Positions 19,201 through 21,728 of a DNA stretch of 21,728 bases are shown here, one piece after another. The DNA comes from a bacterium. Its GTDB lineage: Bacteria > SAR324 > NAC60-12. Every line of letters starts with the position of its first letter. Within the stretch, counting starts at the first letter, position 1. Both the position numbers and the translations under genes were made by a program. The stretch lies in NCBI GenBank assembly GCA_965233585.1, contig CBDDTI010000487.1, positions 1 to 21,728 on the forward strand, given 5' to 3'. The notes beneath the pieces were generated by a model. The model was given only the letters and a program-made list of their open reading frames with translations. It was not told the DNA's origin and ran no database searches.

Positions 19201-19319
19201 AGGAGTTGAACTCGGGACTACCGAGAACAAATCCAGATAGTGGTAGGGTGGAGGATTTGAACCAGGGACCTCCAGATTTCAAATCCAGCGCCCTAAACCA
19301 CTCGACCACGCCGCCTCCC
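19201..19319 (-). mobile_element. tRNA-derived SINE, 5' head and start of central domain
   Basis: Minus strand shows A-box TGGTCGAGTGG, an anticodon-arm-like CTGGA-TTTGAAA-TCTGG and B-box GGTTCAAATCC, followed by the non-tRNA body CTGGATTTGTTCTCGGTAGTCCCGAGTTCAACTCC. No acceptor stem. Confidence 0.85.
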
Positions 19320-19404
19320 AACATAGACAGGCCTCGTGACCATAGCATACACATTTTTAGACTTCAGAAAATAGTAATACTGTCTTCACCTGTTCCTCAA
19401 ATAG

Positions 19405-19548
<144 letters not shown>

Positions 19549-20610
19549 ACACATTTTCAGTTTTAAATGTAAGTGTCTCTGGGTGGGGGGAGGGGGAGGG
19601 GGGGGGGGGACAATAAAAGCAGTAAAATCTCCGGTGTGGAGAAGCACCATCCACGTGCTAGTCAAACACTGGTGTCCAGGAAGGGATATCAAAGCGGAAT
19701 GGAATTGGCATGGGAAATCTCGCTAATTGATTGGTCAACAGCAACCAAACCTGTCTAACTGGTCCTCTGGAGTACAAACACCATGTGATATTGTTTTTAA
19801 TTTTGGGCGTTTTGGGTGTTATTTGCACTCAACAAAGTGCAGTGGATAGTAAAATATTATTATTCACATCTCACCTTACGAATGATTTACACATACTGTA
19901 ATTTGGAGCTGTGGCTTTATCATGGCATCATTATTTTACAATTTATTCTAAATGATAAGTTACAAAAAAAAAGAAGTAAAGATGCCTAAACTAAGCTAAA
20001 ACACATTGAAAAAAATCACACAATAATTCAACCTTCGACAAATGGCAATGTTTTTATTACTTCCACTCAACAACTGTCAAAATATATCATGTCAACAAGC
20101 TCAATATTATTTTTCTACCAATATATGAAGTGAAAGAATTTTTAATATCGCCTCGCTTATTGAAAACTGCCTGACCTCTCCACGCATACCGCACACCTAC
20201 GCCACGACGACAATTTATCACGAAAAAGTTTATCGTGTTGTCTTTTATTTGCAAGAAAACGTCGTTTAATTAAGCTCAAGCCACAATTTCAAGCAAATTC
20301 TATCAAGTAATCCAGAATTTCAGTAGCAGTTACCTGAAAAACATACCAATAAATGCGTCACAAAATACACAACACTTTATCCATTCTTGAACCTAAAAGA
20401 CCTTATTCTGTGACGCGATTTTCTCAGAAACAAGGCAAAATCGAAGTAAACAACAACATCAAGTGGTTACCTTGAAGATTTCACGCGTGGCTTGGTCGGG
20501 TTGAAATCGCCGTAAAACAAAAGATAAAGCATTACAACTCTCAAATAAAAAAAGCGGTAAAACGATCCGTATGAACCCAAGTTGGACACAAATCCTTATA
20601 ATTTTGCTAT

Positions 20611-20700
20611 ACTTACGCCATTTCTTCACGTCACAAATTTCCACTATGTTGCGGCCATCTTGACCAAAGTATCAGCCAATCAGCGAACCGGAAACACTCC
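20611..20700 (-). promoter_or_regulatory. Pol II promoter-like cluster with first-exon donor
   Basis: ETS-like CCGGAAA (20688-20694), CCAAT box AGCCAATCAG (20674-20683), YY1-like CAAGATGGCCGC (minus, 20662-20651), then ATGGC|GTAAGT, a consensus donor at 20616-20611. Confidence 0.5.
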
Positions 20701-20912
20701 AAGTGATCACTAGTTTCCAATCCAGTCGTTTTATAATCCATGGTTCTATATGTTCGACACTTTTTACCTGCTAATTTTTTTTTTCCCAAATATTACTTTT
20801 ATAAAATATGTTTCGAGCTACCGCAAAATGTAACGTGCACTGATGAAGAACGCGCGTGATCAGCGCGAGTACAGTCATAATTGGGGTAAGATTGGCCCAT
20901 CACATCTCTTAA

Positions 20913-21728
20913 CCCTATTCAGACTGGGCTTTTTTGGTCAATCTCTGACTTGGGGGGTGGGGAGGGGGGCTCCTCGGACCCCCCCCCCCTCTGTATCTCT
21001 GGAACCAATAACGCTAGGGTCATGAAATTTACACACAATGATCATCTCCGTACAAAGAAGCCCACACTTAGTTTTGACTCTCTACGCCCAATGATGACGT
21101 CACAGCGACGTCATATTCGATTTTATAATGCTTCTTATTATTTCTCCACTTAGATGCGTAAAATATACTTACCCCTCCCCCTGATAAACATATTTTGTCT
21201 TTTTTTTTTGTTATCCTTTTTATGAACTAGTAACAAGGAAACACTTGTACAGCGAGAAAAAGCAATAGGAAGCAATAAAATTTAAAATTTGAAATGGTTG
21301 TCCGCCATCTTGGATCCGCCATCTTGGATTTTCGTTTTTTTTGTTAAAATTATAACGTAAAGCAACTTTCAAAGGGGAAAAAGCTCAGAATGTATAAAAG
21401 AAGTATCAAACTAATGTTTATTACCCAAACAAATGATTTTGGAAGTGCTATTTCGAAAATAGAGCAGCATATTTGTCAAAGCAAAAAAGTGACAAATTTT
21501 ACCCCACCCCTCCTCCCCAAATATTCGATGTTGAAAAATTTTGATATAATACAAAAACTAGTCCCAAGCAAAGACCATTTTTACAACAAAAAGCACTATA
21601 AGTGTACAAACGTGAACTTAAAACAAAAAAATCACCATTTTTTCAATTTTCTAAAACCTATGAGTCAGAAACTGGTTGCCATGGCAACATCATTAATCAC
21701 GTGGGCATGGTTATTATACCAAATTATT
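20913..21728. mobile_element. piggyBac-type non-autonomous element, left part (runs off the window)
   Basis: TTAA|CCCTATTCAG terminus at 20909-20922, G/C runs, TCCGCCATCTTGGA twice (21301-21328) and the palindrome GTTGCCATGGCAAC (21675-21688). Confidence 0.65.

Noticed and set aside
19245..19319. tRNA-Ser(TGA) gene
   Set aside because: A and B boxes are present, but there is no paired acceptor stem or long variable arm, and the sequence runs into a SINE body.

Overview
Non-coding, AT-rich eukaryotic (marine invertebrate) DNA made almost entirely of transposable-element debris. I can support no intact protein-coding gene, tRNA, rRNA or CRISPR array. Bases 1-~9.2 kb carry repeats I recognise as oyster-type: fragments of the ~166-bp HindIII/Cg170-like satellite, Helentron-associated HINEs, a Penelope-like RT remnant and a four-level nest of insertions. 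Bases ~9.6-21.7 kb carry repeats I recognise as stony-coral-type: palindromic MITEs, a tRNA-derived SINE, and a Penelope GIY-YIG remnant with hammerhead-bearing pLTRs. The window may therefore be a chimera or concatenation; this taxonomic reading is from memory and unverified. The best find is a nearly complete circularly permuted (type-P5) twister self-cleaving ribozyme on the minus strand at 2761-2881. It lies in a retroelement-like tail and shows compensatory changes in both pseudoknots. It may belong to a Penelope-like family that uses a twister rather than the usual hammerhead. Other notable items are a 3.5-kb CAG-terminal element with a 6-bp TSD and cargo, an AcademH-like MITE, and two inverted paralogous element ends, one with a promoter.
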